This document shows positions 49,873 through 59,806 of a stretch of DNA of 64,000 bases, piece after piece. The stretch comes from an uncultured Phycisphaerales bacterium. GTDB taxonomy: Bacteria > Planctomycetota > Phycisphaerae > Tepidisphaerales > Tepidisphaeraceae. The notes beneath the pieces are model-generated. The model saw only the letters and a list, made by a program, of their open reading frames with translations. It was not told where the DNA came from and ran no database searches. Position 1 is the first letter of the stretch, and each line of letters opens with the position of its first letter. The stretch spans positions 1,696,001-1,760,000 of the forward strand of contig CAVWVQ010000003.1 of NCBI GenBank assembly GCA_963758525.1. Reading direction: 5' to 3'. A program made the translations under genes and the position numbers.

Positions 49873-50882
49873 TCCTGAATTCGCTTTACCTCGCGATCGA
49901 AGTCGCTTTCAAAAACCTGATCCTGACGGACGCGAAAAACCGCGTATTGTTCTTCCGCCAGCTGGCGAGCGACTTCGGCGGAAACTGAACCGGCATCGGT
50001 GAGCACCTGGTACTCGTTGAACTGCAGAAACGCATCAAGCCGTTTCACCCAGTCGGTCATCTTCATGGGGATTTGCCTGGCGGCCTGGTTCTCGGCGTAA
50101 TCCAGATACATGCTGACGATGCGATCCAGCTCTTTGATTTCCTGCTCGATCAGGTAGTTCTTTGCGATCCGGACATCCGCTTTGAGGATTTTGCCCTGCG
50201 GCGCGTTCTTCCACGTGGTGAGTCCCATTGATGGCCTGGTAGCATCGGCGCGGCTGGCGATGATTTCGGCGGCGGTCTTGCCGCTGACTGCCCAGTGCAG
50301 CTTGTTCTGCACCGTCTGAAAAAACAGCTGGGTAATCGACGCGTTCTTGTCGTAGTCGATGCTGCATTGCTCGTAAATGTCGGTGATCTTGTGGTAGAAC
50401 CGGCGCTCACTGGCGCGGATTTCGCGAATCCGCTGCAGCAGTTCTTCGAAGTAATCCTTGCCGAACCGTTTGTTCAGTTTGAGGCGCTCATCATCGAGCA
50501 CGAATCCTTTGATGATAAATTCCCGCAAGGTCTGGGTCGCCCAGATGCGGAATTGAGTCGCCTGGGCGCTGTTGACGCGGTAGCCCACGGAGATGATGGC
50601 ATCCAGGTTATAGAACTCAATTTCGCGCGAGACCTCACGATTGCCCTCGCGTTGAACTCTTCGAATTTTTCGAATAGTTGGATCTTCCTGCAGCTCCCCG
50701 GACGCGTAAATCTCTTTCAGGTGGTAATTTATGGTGGGAAGCTCTACGCCAAAGAGCTCTGAGAGTTGCTTTTGGCTCAGCCAGAACGTCTCCGTCTGAT
50801 ACAGCACTTCAACGCGGACCGCACCGCTTGCGGCGCGATACAGAATAATCTGACCCTCGTCTGGACCTTCTGTGTCGCTCAT
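49857..50882 (-). CDS. rhuM: RhuM-family protein
   Basis: WLSQKQLSELF, YNLDAIISVGYRVNS..ATQFRIWA, KGFVLDDERLK, IRASERRFY. Confidence 0.9.
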   Translation of the reverse strand: MSDTEGPDEGQIILYRAASGAVRVEVLYQTETFWLSQKQLSELFGVELPTINYHLKEIYASGELQEDPTIRKIRRVQREGNREVSREIEFYNLDAIISVGYRVNSAQATQFRIWATQTLREFIIKGFVLDDERLKLNKRFGKDYFEELLQRIREIRASERRFYHKITDIYEQCSIDYDKNASITQLFFQTVQNKLHWAVSGKTAAEIIASRADATRPSMGLTTWKNAPQGKILKADVRIAKNYLIEQEIKELDRIVSMYLDYAENQAARQIPMKMTDWVKRLDAFLQFNEYQVLTDAGSVSAEVARQLAEEQYAVFRVRQDQVFESDFDREVKRIQENSEG

Positions 50883-53800
50883 GGCGTCACCTCGTGCGCG
50901 AGCTTGATCTGCGAACGAACATCGCCCGAGACGGCACATTCAATCATTTCGTCAAAGTACTTCTTCACCGTAGTCTCGAAATCGCTGCCGATTTGGTAGA
51001 CGTCGGCGAACTCGGCGAACGCCCAGCGCCCGAAGCTGTTGAGGTGATTGACGCCGGGCACCCAGTAGGTGTCCATCGTGGTCTTCTTGTCCTTGGCATC
51101 CTCGCCGCTATATCCCTTGATTTCGACGATCAGGTGGAGCGGATCATCGGGGCCGTGGCCGTCGTCGACGATGACGATGAAGTCGGGGCGGTACATGCGC
51201 GTTTCCGAGCCGTAGCGATAGGGAACTTCCAGACCGAGGTTGTAGTTCTTCACGTAACACAGCACGCGCGGATGGGATTCAGCGACCCGGCAGAACTCGG
51301 CTTCCCAGTTGCTGTCGAGAATCACCCAGTTGATCTGGCACTTGTCCGGGGAAGTCTGCCAGCGATCGGTTTTGGAAGTTGTGAAGTTGACGTGACGCGT
51401 GGAACTCTGGGGATTGTATGGATCAAGCACAGCACAGATCGGGCGTTGGCCAATGAATGCGCGGGTGATTCCGGCGGTGATGCGTTCGCAAGCCATGTCG
51501 GCCAGCGTCTGATACATGAGTTGGGCGGGAAATGTCTGGCCCTTGCAGACCAGATGCGAATCGAGCCATTGACGAGTGACGCGCTTGAGCTGGCCAAAGA
51601 GGTGCAGCTTGGGTTCCTCGCCGGGGTCGCGCCATTTGGTTTCCATGAGCCGCTTGGCGAGATGGAACAGGAGCGTTGACTGGCGGACGTCGCCGAGATG
51701 CTTGAGGTTCAAATCGACGGACGCCCCAATGATTCCCTCATTACGCGTGACACTCGGCCCCACCAGGTCAGGCGTGAGAACGAGCGTCGAGTCGTCATTG
51801 AAGACTGCATTGAGGCGCTCTTCGGGCAGTTCGACGCGATACCCTTCCACACGGGGAAATTCAATTTCCAGATTGTCGCGATCCGGGCGGACGGCCTTCA
51901 CCTGAACCGTCTCCCGCGGCGGCTGTGGCGGCGCGACCACCGGCTTTGCGGTGAAGTCGAACGGAATTCCCAGCACATCCGCATATTCGACATTGAACAG
52001 CCCCTCCTCATTGAGGTTGTACGATTGTCGGCGCAACGCGCGGCCGATGACCTGTTCGCAGAGAAGTTGTGTGCCAAACGCACGGACGCCCAGAACGTGG
52101 GTAACGGTGTTGGCGTCCCACCCTTCGGTGAGCATGGAGACGGAGACCACGCAACGGATCGATTCGCCAAGACGGCCCTTCTTGCCGACGGTGTTCATCA
52201 CTTCGCGGAGCAGATCTTCGTCGGTGAGCTTCTCGGCCTGCTGTCGGTCGCCAGTCCGCTCGACGATTTCCCGACGGAAGCGGTCAATTTCCTCGGACGC
52301 CATGTCGCGGAAGTTGGCATCGAGAGAGTCGCCGGATTCGAGTTGCTCGCTGTCGATCAGCAGCGTGCGCGGGCGACCGTACTGATTGCCGTGCTCGTCA
52401 AAATTGCGAAAGAGTTCGAGGCGGCCGTTTTCAAGCGTTGATGAGCCGTCGGACTTCTGGCGATGGAAGCCCGAGATGTAGTCATAGATCAACTTCGACG
52501 CGCTGGTGTTATTGCAGACGACAATGAAACAGGGCGGGACGCCGATGCCAGCCTTCTCCCACAACTCAAAAGTCTTGGCGTAGTGTCCGTAGAGGGCATC
52601 GAGCGCAGTGATGAGGGGCGTCGGAAGACTCAGCGGATCGAGATTGGCTGCTTTCCCGCGCCCTTTGCGGGGCATCTGCTTGCCGATGTGCTTCCACAAC
52701 TCACGGAAGATGGGGACCTCGGCCTCGGGAATGTTGTCTGCGACGGGCACGCGAGGCAGCTTGACGATGCCGCACTCGATGGCGTCCATCAGCGAAAAGT
52801 CGGTCATCGTCCATGGAAACAGCGTCCCTTCCGCGTAGCCGGAGCCACGGAGAAAGAACGGCGTGGCGGATAGATCGACGATGCGGTTGATACCGAGTTT
52901 ATCTTTTACGGCTTCGAGCCCGTTCACCCAGAGCCGGGCGGCTTTGCTGTTCTTCTCCGCCTCTTCCTTTTCGTCGCCGGAGAGATCCGGCTCGTCATCC
53001 AGCTCCGGCTTCTCGCGATAACAGTGATGAGCTTCATCGTTCAGCACCATCACGCCCTTCATGCCCATCAGTCCCGGCATGACCCGCTGGAGCATCTGCC
53101 CCTGAGATTCCAGCGTATTCAATTCAGGGCCATGACCTTGAAGCAAGGCACGCCCGCCTGCCGAGAGCTCAACCGTTTCGCGGAGCCGGAAGGCGTGGTA
53201 ATTGGTGATGATGATCTTCGCGCGGCCAAGATCGGCCAGCATATCGTTCGGGACAAGCTCGCGGCTCTGGTAATAGCTGTCGGGGTCGTTTGGCTGCAGC
53301 ACGCGCAGGCGATCGCGAATGGTCAGACCCGGCGTAACGACGAGGAAGCCGCGCGCAAAGCGCCTGCTGCCCGGTCGCCGCACGGCGTTGACGGTTTGCC
53401 AAGCGATGATCATTGCCATCACCGTGGTCTTTCCGGCACCGGTCGCCAGCTTTAGCGCCATGCGCGCTAACCCCGGATTCGAAGAGTCGTTCGCAGCGTT
53501 AAGGTGGTCGAGTATCGACTGGCCCTCTTTTCCGATGGCCGGCGCAACTTCAGTCAGCCAGATCGCGGTCTCGACTGCCTCAACCTGACAAAAGAAGGGT
53601 CGGACGCCACTGAACTTGTGATGGCGCCAGTGTTGAAGGAGTCGCGCCGTTTCAGGGGTGACCCGCCAATCTTCCGCGTTTGGAATTCCCCGCCATCGAT
53701 CAATAAGTTGGCGCAGATGGTTGATGTTGCTCGATGTCGCTTCGTATTGCTGGGCCGCCGTGGAAAGGCCCAGCCCTTCGTTGAAGACCAGCTCCTGCTG

Positions 53801-53971
53801 CGCCACCCGCGTCTGCTTTTTCGACTTGGGTATTGGGGTGACGAATTCGGCCCGCCGACGTTTTGGAGAAATCTGACTAGTCGGTTGACCGGTGCCGTCC
53901 AGCTCCCAGTGCTGGTTCGGGTACGCGTACGGCGAATTGAGAATCGGGTGATCAAAAAATGAAGTTGCCAT
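50879..53971 (-). CDS. res: Type III restriction Res-like helicase-nuclease (BPTD_3080-like)
   Basis: KLATGAGKT, NDEAHH, SATP, MLTEGWD, QVIGRALR, PDF...VEIKG nuclease. Confidence 0.9.
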   Translation of the reverse strand: MATSFFDHPILNSPYAYPNQHWELDGTGQPTSQISPKRRRAEFVTPIPKSKKQTRVAQQELVFNEGLGLSTAAQQYEATSSNINHLRQLIDRWRGIPNAEDWRVTPETARLLQHWRHHKFSGVRPFFCQVEAVETAIWLTEVAPAIGKEGQSILDHLNAANDSSNPGLARMALKLATGAGKTTVMAMIIAWQTVNAVRRPGSRRFARGFLVVTPGLTIRDRLRVLQPNDPDSYYQSRELVPNDMLADLGRAKIIITNYHAFRLRETVELSAGGRALLQGHGPELNTLESQGQMLQRVMPGLMGMKGVMVLNDEAHHCYREKPELDDEPDLSGDEKEEAEKNSKAARLWVNGLEAVKDKLGINRIVDLSATPFFLRGSGYAEGTLFPWTMTDFSLMDAIECGIVKLPRVPVADNIPEAEVPIFRELWKHIGKQMPRKGRGKAANLDPLSLPTPLITALDALYGHYAKTFELWEKAGIGVPPCFIVVCNNTSASKLIYDYISGFHRQKSDGSSTLENGRLELFRNFDEHGNQYGRPRTLLIDSEQLESGDSLDANFRDMASEEIDRFRREIVERTGDRQQAEKLTDEDLLREVMNTVGKKGRLGESIRCVVSVSMLTEGWDANTVTHVLGVRAFGTQLLCEQVIGRALRRQSYNLNEEGLFNVEYADVLGIPFDFTAKPVVAPPQPPRETVQVKAVRPDRDNLEIEFPRVEGYRVELPEERLNAVFNDDSTLVLTPDLVGPSVTRNEGIIGASVDLNLKHLGDVRQSTLLFHLAKRLMETKWRDPGEEPKLHLFGQLKRVTRQWLDSHLVCKGQTFPAQLMYQTLADMACERITAGITRAFIGQRPICAVLDPYNPQSSTRHVNFTTSKTDRWQTSPDKCQINWVILDSNWEAEFCRVAESHPRVLCYVKNYNLGLEVPYRYGSETRMYRPDFIVIVDDGHGPDDPLHLIVEIKGYSGEDAKDKKTTMDTYWVPGVNHLNSFGRWAFAEFADVYQIGSDFETTVKKYFDEMIECAVSGDVRSQIKLAHEVTP

Positions 53972-54403
53972 CGCTTCCCGATCCCCCGTTGGGCAGATTC
54001 ATTGCGACGGCGCATTTTCCAGGAGAGATTCAGCCCCGTCGGGGCCATTCTAATCACGCCAGCAAATTTGGCCAGTTCTCCGGCGACCCGGCGAGCCAGT
54101 CTGACAATTCTGAAGGAATGTGTCAGCGATCGCCCACGGGAGCAGACGAACGTCGGTGCCTGCTCTTCGTACGGAAGAATGTCTCTGACTTGTCGTAATG
54201 CAAGCAATTTTGCGTTATTTACGCACTCCTCGAAAGCGTAAAATTCCGTAAAGTTGTGTAAAGCGAACCGCTGATTCCGAGTGACAGATGAGGGTCGGCC
54301 GCCCGGCGGCGACCCGCGTTGTCCTGGATTGTAAAGCGGCTTTATGCCCGCTCACCTTCACTCTGCAATATCAATTCGTTGGTGCAGGGCGTCAGAGAAA
54401 AGT

Positions 54404-54456
54404 CGAATGCCCAAGGCCCAATGGCCAGCAAATGCCCAAGTCTCAAGGCCCAAGGG
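54404..54456 (+). repeat. Degenerate heptamer tandem (CAAGGCC/CAATGCC-like)
   Basis: CGAATGCCCAAGGCCCAATGGCCAGCAAATGCCCAAGTCTCAAGGCCCAAGGG. Confidence 0.55.
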
Positions 54457-54492
54457 AAGACGGCGGGGTCGGAGCCAGCGCAATCTCCCGGT

Positions 54493-54562
54493 GTAGCCGG
54501 CGAGCATGCTCGCCGTTGTGTTTCCGGGGAGCGGGAACACGGCGGGCATGCCCACCGGCTAC
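54493..54562. repeat. GTAG-type REP doublet (second family)
   Basis: GTAGCCGGCGAGCATGCTCGCCG ... CGGCGGGCATGCCCACCGGCTAC. Confidence 0.75.
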
Positions 54563-54774
54563 ACGAAGAGATGGTTTACGGAGAGCCGCAAGCAGGCGAC
54601 GGCTTCGCCCCTTTCGTCTGATCCGTGTCGTCCGTATAACAAGGGTGGCGTTCCAAAGAAGAAATCCTACTTCCTTCCCTTGGTGCCGCAGTTTAGTCGC
54701 CGCGGCGACCGCCGCAGTTTACCCGCCGCGGCGGGTGCCTTCGTGCCTTGGCTTGGCAGTTCCGGAGAACACGC

Positions 54775-55233
54775 ATGACCGAGGCCAAACCATCCTTTAC
54801 CCTGGTTCACGTCGACCGCGTCGTGGCCGACATGGAGCGCTCCGTGGAGTTCTACACGGACTCGCTGGGCCTGCTGGTGCTGGAGGATTGCACGGTCGAA
54901 ACCGAGGCGGCGCGTTTCCTGTCGGGGGGGAAGGCCAGCAAGATGCGGATGGTGTTCATGACCAGCGGCGCTGCGACGTCGCTGATGGTCGAGCTGATCC
55001 AGCTCCTCGACGAGAACGACCGGGAGGCATCCGGCGGGTGCCGCGACACCATTTTTGCCTTCCTGGTCAAAGACCTGCAGGACGCCATCCGCGCGATGGC
55101 CGTCGACGGACGGCAACCGGTGAGCGATGTGATCCCGATTGAGCTGCTCCACCTCGGCCGGGCGCAGGTCGTCTTCTATCGAGACCCCGACGGATACCTC
55201 ATCGAGGTCGTCGAGTTTATCAAGGCGGGGTGA
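54775..55233 (+). CDS. VOC/glyoxalase-family protein
   Basis: H...VADMERSVEFY..LG, VELIQ, FYRDPDG.LIE. Confidence 0.85.
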   Translation: MTEAKPSFTLVHVDRVVADMERSVEFYTDSLGLLVLEDCTVETEAARFLSGGKASKMRMVFMTSGAATSLMVELIQLLDENDREASGGCRDTIFAFLVKDLQDAIRAMAVDGRQPVSDVIPIELLHLGRAQVVFYRDPDGYLIEVVEFIKAG

Positions 55234-55279
55234 GCCGTTGAGCGATGGACATCGTGCCCCCGGATGCTAGAATTCCGCG

Positions 55280-55549
55280 ATGGTCATCGAAGGAATCTCA
55301 ATCCTCGAGCGGCTGATCGATCCGAGTCATGGTGATTTCACTCCCGAGGTCGCTCAATATTTCTTGTCGTTCGACTTTTCAACTGAGCAACACGCCCGAT
55401 TCGAGCTTTTGTCAGGCAAGGCGGCGGAGGGATCGCTTTCGCCAGAGGAGGCCGCCGAGTTGGATGAGCTCATCGCCGCCAACGCTCTTTTGACGGTGCT
55501 CCAATCCAAAGCGCGGCTTTCAATCCGCCAGCAGACGCCGGCCGCTTGA
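55280..55549 (+). CDS. Small acidic helical protein (HNH partner)
   Basis: 89 aa, stop abuts HNH start (TGAATG). Confidence 0.7.
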   Translation: MVIEGISILERLIDPSHGDFTPEVAQYFLSFDFSTEQHARFELLSGKAAEGSLSPEEAAELDELIAANALLTVLQSKARLSIRQQTPAA

Positions 55550-55969
55550 ATGCGCATCCCCAAGTCGATCGATCATGCCGTGCGTACGCGAGCTGGTGAC
55601 CGTTGCGAATATTGCCTGGCGCCGCAGTCTGCGTCCAAGTTCCGATTTTGGATTGACCACATCATTGCGTCCCAACACCTCGGTCCCGCGAATTCCGAAA
55701 ATCTCGCGCTGTCATGCCCCTTCTGCAACCGGCACAAGGGGCCGAATATGGTCGGGATCGATCCAACTTCCGGTTTACTTGCCCGGCTGTTCAACCCGCG
55801 CACGGATGAGTGGGAGCAGCATTTTCTCAGTTACGGCGTTCAGTTGGCTGGGATTTCTCCAACCGGTCGCGCGACCGTGGTGGTATTGGCGATGAATCAT
55901 CCGACGCAGTTGATGATTCGCAGAGCACTGGTTCGCGAGGGACTGTGGAAGGTAAACACCCAGGATTAG
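55550..55969 (+). CDS. HNH endonuclease
   Basis: CEYC, IDHI, NLALSCPFCNRHKG, LFNPR...W..HF. Confidence 0.88.
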   Translation: MRIPKSIDHAVRTRAGDRCEYCLAPQSASKFRFWIDHIIASQHLGPANSENLALSCPFCNRHKGPNMVGIDPTSGLLARLFNPRTDEWEQHFLSYGVQLAGISPTGRATVVVLAMNHPTQLMIRRALVREGLWKVNTQD

Positions 55970-55977
55970 AACGCGCA

Positions 55978-56763
55978 ATGGATCGAACAACAACGGACAA
56001 CGAATGGGAAAAGTGGGGGAGGAAAGATCCGTACTTCGGGGTTCTGACGGATGAAAAATTCCGAACGGCGAACCTGACCGACGAAATCAGGACCGAGTTT
56101 TTCGAGACCGGGCGGCAGCATGCGGAGCATGTGGTAAAGGTCTGCCGGGAAGTTTTTGATCCTTCCTTCACGCCCCGGCGGATCCTGGATTTTGGCTGCG
56201 GCGTTGGGCGTTTGGTGGTGCCGTTTGCGGCCAGCGCCCAAACGGTGGTGGGAGTCGACGTTTCGCCCGCGATGCTGGAAGAGGCCCGGCGAAACTGCCG
56301 GGAGCACGGGCTGGAGAACGTGGCGCTGGTTCAGTCAGACGATACCCTTTCACAGGTGGAGGGTGAGTTTGACCTCGTTCACTCCTATATCGTTCTTCAG
56401 CATATAGACCCTGGCCGGGGAACGAGGATATTTTTCAGGTTGGTCGATCTGCTCGCCCCCGGCGGTGTCGGCGCCGTTCATTTCACCTATGGCTGGCGAA
56501 ACCAGATTCCCGGCCCGAGCGGCGCGCAGCCGGCTGCTCCAACCAATCCGCTGCAAAAAATCGTGAGAAGGATCAGTCGGCGAGTGCGTCGCGCGTTTGA
56601 AAAACCAAAGCCACGCGAAGACCCGGAGATGCAGATGAATTTATATGACTTGGACACGGTCTTCGCGATGATTCAGCGCTGCGGAGCCGATCGTTGCTTT
56701 TGCGAATTTACCGACCACGGCGGGGCGCTGGGCGTCTTTGTGTTCTTCCGGAAGTCGCGCTGA
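55978..56763 (+). CDS. Class I SAM-dependent methyltransferase
   Basis: LDFGCGVGR, GVDVS, FDLV...VLQH. Confidence 0.88.
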   Translation: MDRTTTDNEWEKWGRKDPYFGVLTDEKFRTANLTDEIRTEFFETGRQHAEHVVKVCREVFDPSFTPRRILDFGCGVGRLVVPFAASAQTVVGVDVSPAMLEEARRNCREHGLENVALVQSDDTLSQVEGEFDLVHSYIVLQHIDPGRGTRIFFRLVDLLAPGGVGAVHFTYGWRNQIPGPSGAQPAAPTNPLQKIVRRISRRVRRAFEKPKPREDPEMQMNLYDLDTVFAMIQRCGADRCFCEFTDHGGALGVFVFFRKSR

Positions 56764-56794
56764 GGAGCTGTTTCAAAATCCCGCATCCATCCAA

Positions 56795-56876
56795 CCACGC
56801 CGAGTCTGACGTACTCCGAAGGCTCGGATTTCCGTCGCTCGATCCGAGCCTTCGGCATACCTCAGACTCGGCGTGG
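56795..56876. repeat. ~82-bp near-perfect palindromic element
   Basis: CCACGCCGAGTCTGA..CCGAAGGCTCGGAT / ATCCGAGCCTTCGG..TCAGACTCGGCGTGG. Confidence 0.8.
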
Positions 56877-56995
56877 GGCTGTCCGCGAGAGGGCAAGAGC
56901 AGGCAAATCAGTCCTTTCGGGTTCCACACCCTTCCACATCCTGCGGAGGGGCTCCCTTGATGTCCGCCTGAGACATTCCGTGCTATAAACTTGCC

Positions 56996-57866
56996 GTGAC
57001 GGAAGTGTCCCAATTCAGCCCGCCGAATGTTCGCGCAGAACCGTACGTGAAGATTCGCGCTCCGCGGGGCTGGGCGCCGCTGAATCTGCACGATGTCTGG
57101 CAGTTTCGTGACCTGTTGCTGGCCCTGGCCGGGCGCGACATCAAGCTGCGCTACAAGCAAACCGCATTGGGCGTGCTCTGGGTCATTCTGCAGCCGTTGA
57201 TGGCGGCGGGGGTCTTTTCGTTTGTCTTTGGCCGGATCGCACAGTTGCCCAGCGACGGGCTTCCCTACTTTGTTTTCAGCTATGCCGGCCTGCTCGGCTG
57301 GACTCTGTTCGCCGGCACGCTGACCAAAACCAGCGGTTGTCTGGTGGGCAACTCGCAACTGGTCAGCAAGATCTATTTTCCCCGTCTGGTCCTGCCTCTT
57401 TCGGCGGTTCCTTCGGTGCTGATCGACTTCGGCGTGGCGTCGGGAATGATGGTCGCGCTGATGTGCTGGTATCACATTCAGCCGGGGCCGGGAATTCTCC
57501 TGGTGCCGCTGTGGATTGCGATGCTTCTGCTGCTGTCGCTTGGCGTGGGGCTGGGCACGGCCGCACTGATGGTCAACTACCGGGATGTCGGTTATGTACT
57601 GCCGGTGCTGACCCAGATCCTGCTGTCGGCGAGTCCCGTCGCCTATAGTCTGCGATACGCCCTGACGCGCATCCCCCCGCGATTTCACGATCTGTATCTG
57701 CTCAATCCGCTGGCTGCGACGCTGGAGGCCTTGCGCAAGCCTGCTCGGAACGCCATGGCCCCCGACGCTCTCGGTGGCCTACTCTGCGACGGCGTCGGTG
57801 ATCGTCTTCCTTGCGGGCGCGTACAGCTTTAAGAAGATGGAAAGAAGATTCGCTGATGTCATCTAG
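56996..57866 (+). CDS. wzm: Polysaccharide ABC-2 transporter permease (frameshift ~57740)
   Basis: RDIKLRYKQTALGVLW..QPL, KIYFPR, YRDV, NPL, MERRFADVI. Confidence 0.9.
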
Positions 57867-59127
57867 CGATATCGCAGTCTCCGTGCGCGGCTTATGCAAG
57901 TCGTACACGATTGCGCACGACGACGAAAAACATATCACGCTGGCCGAGACGATTCTCAGCCGGCTCAAAAGGCCGTTGCGGAAAGCGAAGACTGAAACAT
58001 TCTGGGCGCTCAAGGACGTCAGCTTCGAGGTCAAGCGAGGAGAGGTCGTCGGCATCGTCGGCCGCAATGGAGCGGGCAAGAGCACACTGCTGAAAGTGCT
58101 CAGCCGGATCACTCAACCCACCTCCGGCGAGGGGGAAATCTACGGCCGCGTCGGCAGCCTGCTCGAGGTCGGCACCGGATTTCATCCGGAACTCACCGGT
58201 CGCGAAAACGTCTTTCTCAACGGCGCGATCCTCGGCATGACCAAGGCTGAGATCCGCAGGCAGTTTGATGCAATCGTCGATTTCGCCGGCGTCGAACAGT
58301 TCCTCGATACGCCGGTGAAGCGCTACAGCAGCGGCATGTACGTCCGCCTGGCTTTCGCGGTCGCCGCTCATCTGGACAGCGAGATTCTGGTTGTCGACGA
58401 AGTTCTGGCAGTGGGGGACGTCAGCTTCCAGAAGCGCTGCCTGGACAAGATGGAATCGGTCGGGAACTCGGGGCGTACGGTGCTTTTTGTATCTCATTCC
58501 ATGTCCGCGATCGCACGACTGTGCACCAGCGCAATCCTGCTTCACCAGGGCATGCTGCAGTTCAATGGACGCGTTGCAGATGCCACGAGGCTCTATCTGG
58601 GCGACGGAGGGCGCCAGTCGGCCCAGCGCCTGTGGCCGGACGCGCATCTCGCGCCGGGGAACGACATCTGCAGGCTTCGCGCGGTTCGCGTGACGAACGC
58701 GGCCGCGGAAATTTCCCCGCGGGTTACCATCAGTGACCCGGTCTACATCGAAGTCGAGTACGACCAGTTGAAGGACGGCTTGCCCAAGCCGCTCACCGCT
58801 TCAGTGCATCTTGTGAACGAAGCGGGGATCACGGTCTTCGCGAGCAATGACTTTGATAATCTCAAGTGGTACGGGTCTGCGCGCCGAATTGGAACGGTGC
58901 GGGCGCGATGCGAAATCCCCGCCCACTTCCTGGCGGAGGGCGCGTACACCGTGCTGGCGGCGGTGTGCAGTTATGATCCCAATGCGGTGCATGCGCTGGA
59001 GCGTGATGCGGTTGCATTCGAGGCAGTCGAAGACCCCAGCCAGGTGGGGGCTCGCGCAGAATACGCTGGCGATTGGCCCGGCGTCATCCGGCCACGGCTT
59101 GCCTGGGAGGCCGCTTATGCTTCTTGA
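57856..59127 (+). CDS. wzt: Polysaccharide ABC transporter ATPase with Wzt C-terminal domain
   Basis: GRNGAGKS, YSSGM..RLAF, DEVLAVGD; C-terminal extension. Confidence 0.93.
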   Translation: MSSSDIAVSVRGLCKSYTIAHDDEKHITLAETILSRLKRPLRKAKTETFWALKDVSFEVKRGEVVGIVGRNGAGKSTLLKVLSRITQPTSGEGEIYGRVGSLLEVGTGFHPELTGRENVFLNGAILGMTKAEIRRQFDAIVDFAGVEQFLDTPVKRYSSGMYVRLAFAVAAHLDSEILVVDEVLAVGDVSFQKRCLDKMESVGNSGRTVLFVSHSMSAIARLCTSAILLHQGMLQFNGRVADATRLYLGDGGRQSAQRLWPDAHLAPGNDICRLRAVRVTNAAAEISPRVTISDPVYIEVEYDQLKDGLPKPLTASVHLVNEAGITVFASNDFDNLKWYGSARRIGTVRARCEIPAHFLAEGAYTVLAAVCSYDPNAVHALERDAVAFEAVEDPSQVGARAEYAGDWPGVIRPRLAWEAAYAS

Positions 59128-59731
59128 CCGGGTCAAGTCGATGCTGCGAGGCCGGCGCCGACTCGCCTCCCCGGCTCCGCGCTTTATGAAGGATCATCCG
59201 GCATTCCAAGCCTACCAAATCGGCGAATTCACCTACGGCGTGCCAAGAGTCCTCCAGTGGGGCGAGGGCGCCACATTGCGGATTGGAAAGTATTGCTCGA
59301 TTGCCGACCAGGTCACGATCTTCCTTGGAGGCGAGCATCGGACGGATTGGGTTTCGACCTTTCCATTCGTCGAGATGATGGACTTGAGCCTCAAGATTGA
59401 AGGACATCCTTCGACGCGCGGGGACGTGGTGATCGGCAACGATGTCTGGATCGGGCTCGGTGCGACTCTTCGCTCGGGCGTGCAAATCGGCGACGGCGCG
59501 GTGATCGGCACGCGCGCGGTTGTTACCAGCAATGTCGCGGCATACGCTATCGTGGCCGGAAATCCTGCAAGATTGATCCGTAAGCGTTTTTCTGACGAAA
59601 TGATTGCAGAACTCATGAAGCTGCGCTGGTGGGACTGGCCCCCCCACCGGGTTGCGAGCGCTGCACCTTATTTAATGAGCTCGGATGTTGCCGCGCTCAT
59701 GGCATACAGCCGGCAGCACGGAAACTCCTGA
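59117..59731 (+). CDS. CatB/Vat-like hexapeptide O-acetyltransferase
   Basis: IGKYCSIA, STFPF, IGNDVWIG, GNPA..IRKRF, WWDW. Confidence 0.88.
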   Translation: MLLDRVKSMLRGRRRLASPAPRFMKDHPAFQAYQIGEFTYGVPRVLQWGEGATLRIGKYCSIADQVTIFLGGEHRTDWVSTFPFVEMMDLSLKIEGHPSTRGDVVIGNDVWIGLGATLRSGVQIGDGAVIGTRAVVTSNVAAYAIVAGNPARLIRKRFSDEMIAELMKLRWWDWPPHRVASAAPYLMSSDVAALMAYSRQHGNS

Positions 59732-59806
59732 CTGTATTGCGGCGCATGATTGCGCACCGTTGGCTGCGAACGTGCAACAGCGGGATCTGGCGATGGGAAG
59801 CGCGGT

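Noticed and set aside
54400..54760. Structured ncRNA/riboswitch upstream of the VOC gene
   Set aside because: Structure is explained by a REP doublet plus short tandem repeats; no recognisable aptamer motif.
2333..57866. Many frameshifted genes (clpS, anmK, several GTs, wzy, NRPS, GNAT, mod, wzm) as pseudogenes or programmed frameshifts
   Set aside because: Isolated small indels, often at homopolymers, in otherwise intact genes point to long-read consensus error; needs polishing to confirm.
59117..59731. Antibiotic resistance gene (catB/vat)
   Set aside because: Overlaps wzt within a glycan operon; sugar O-acetylation is the more parsimonious role.
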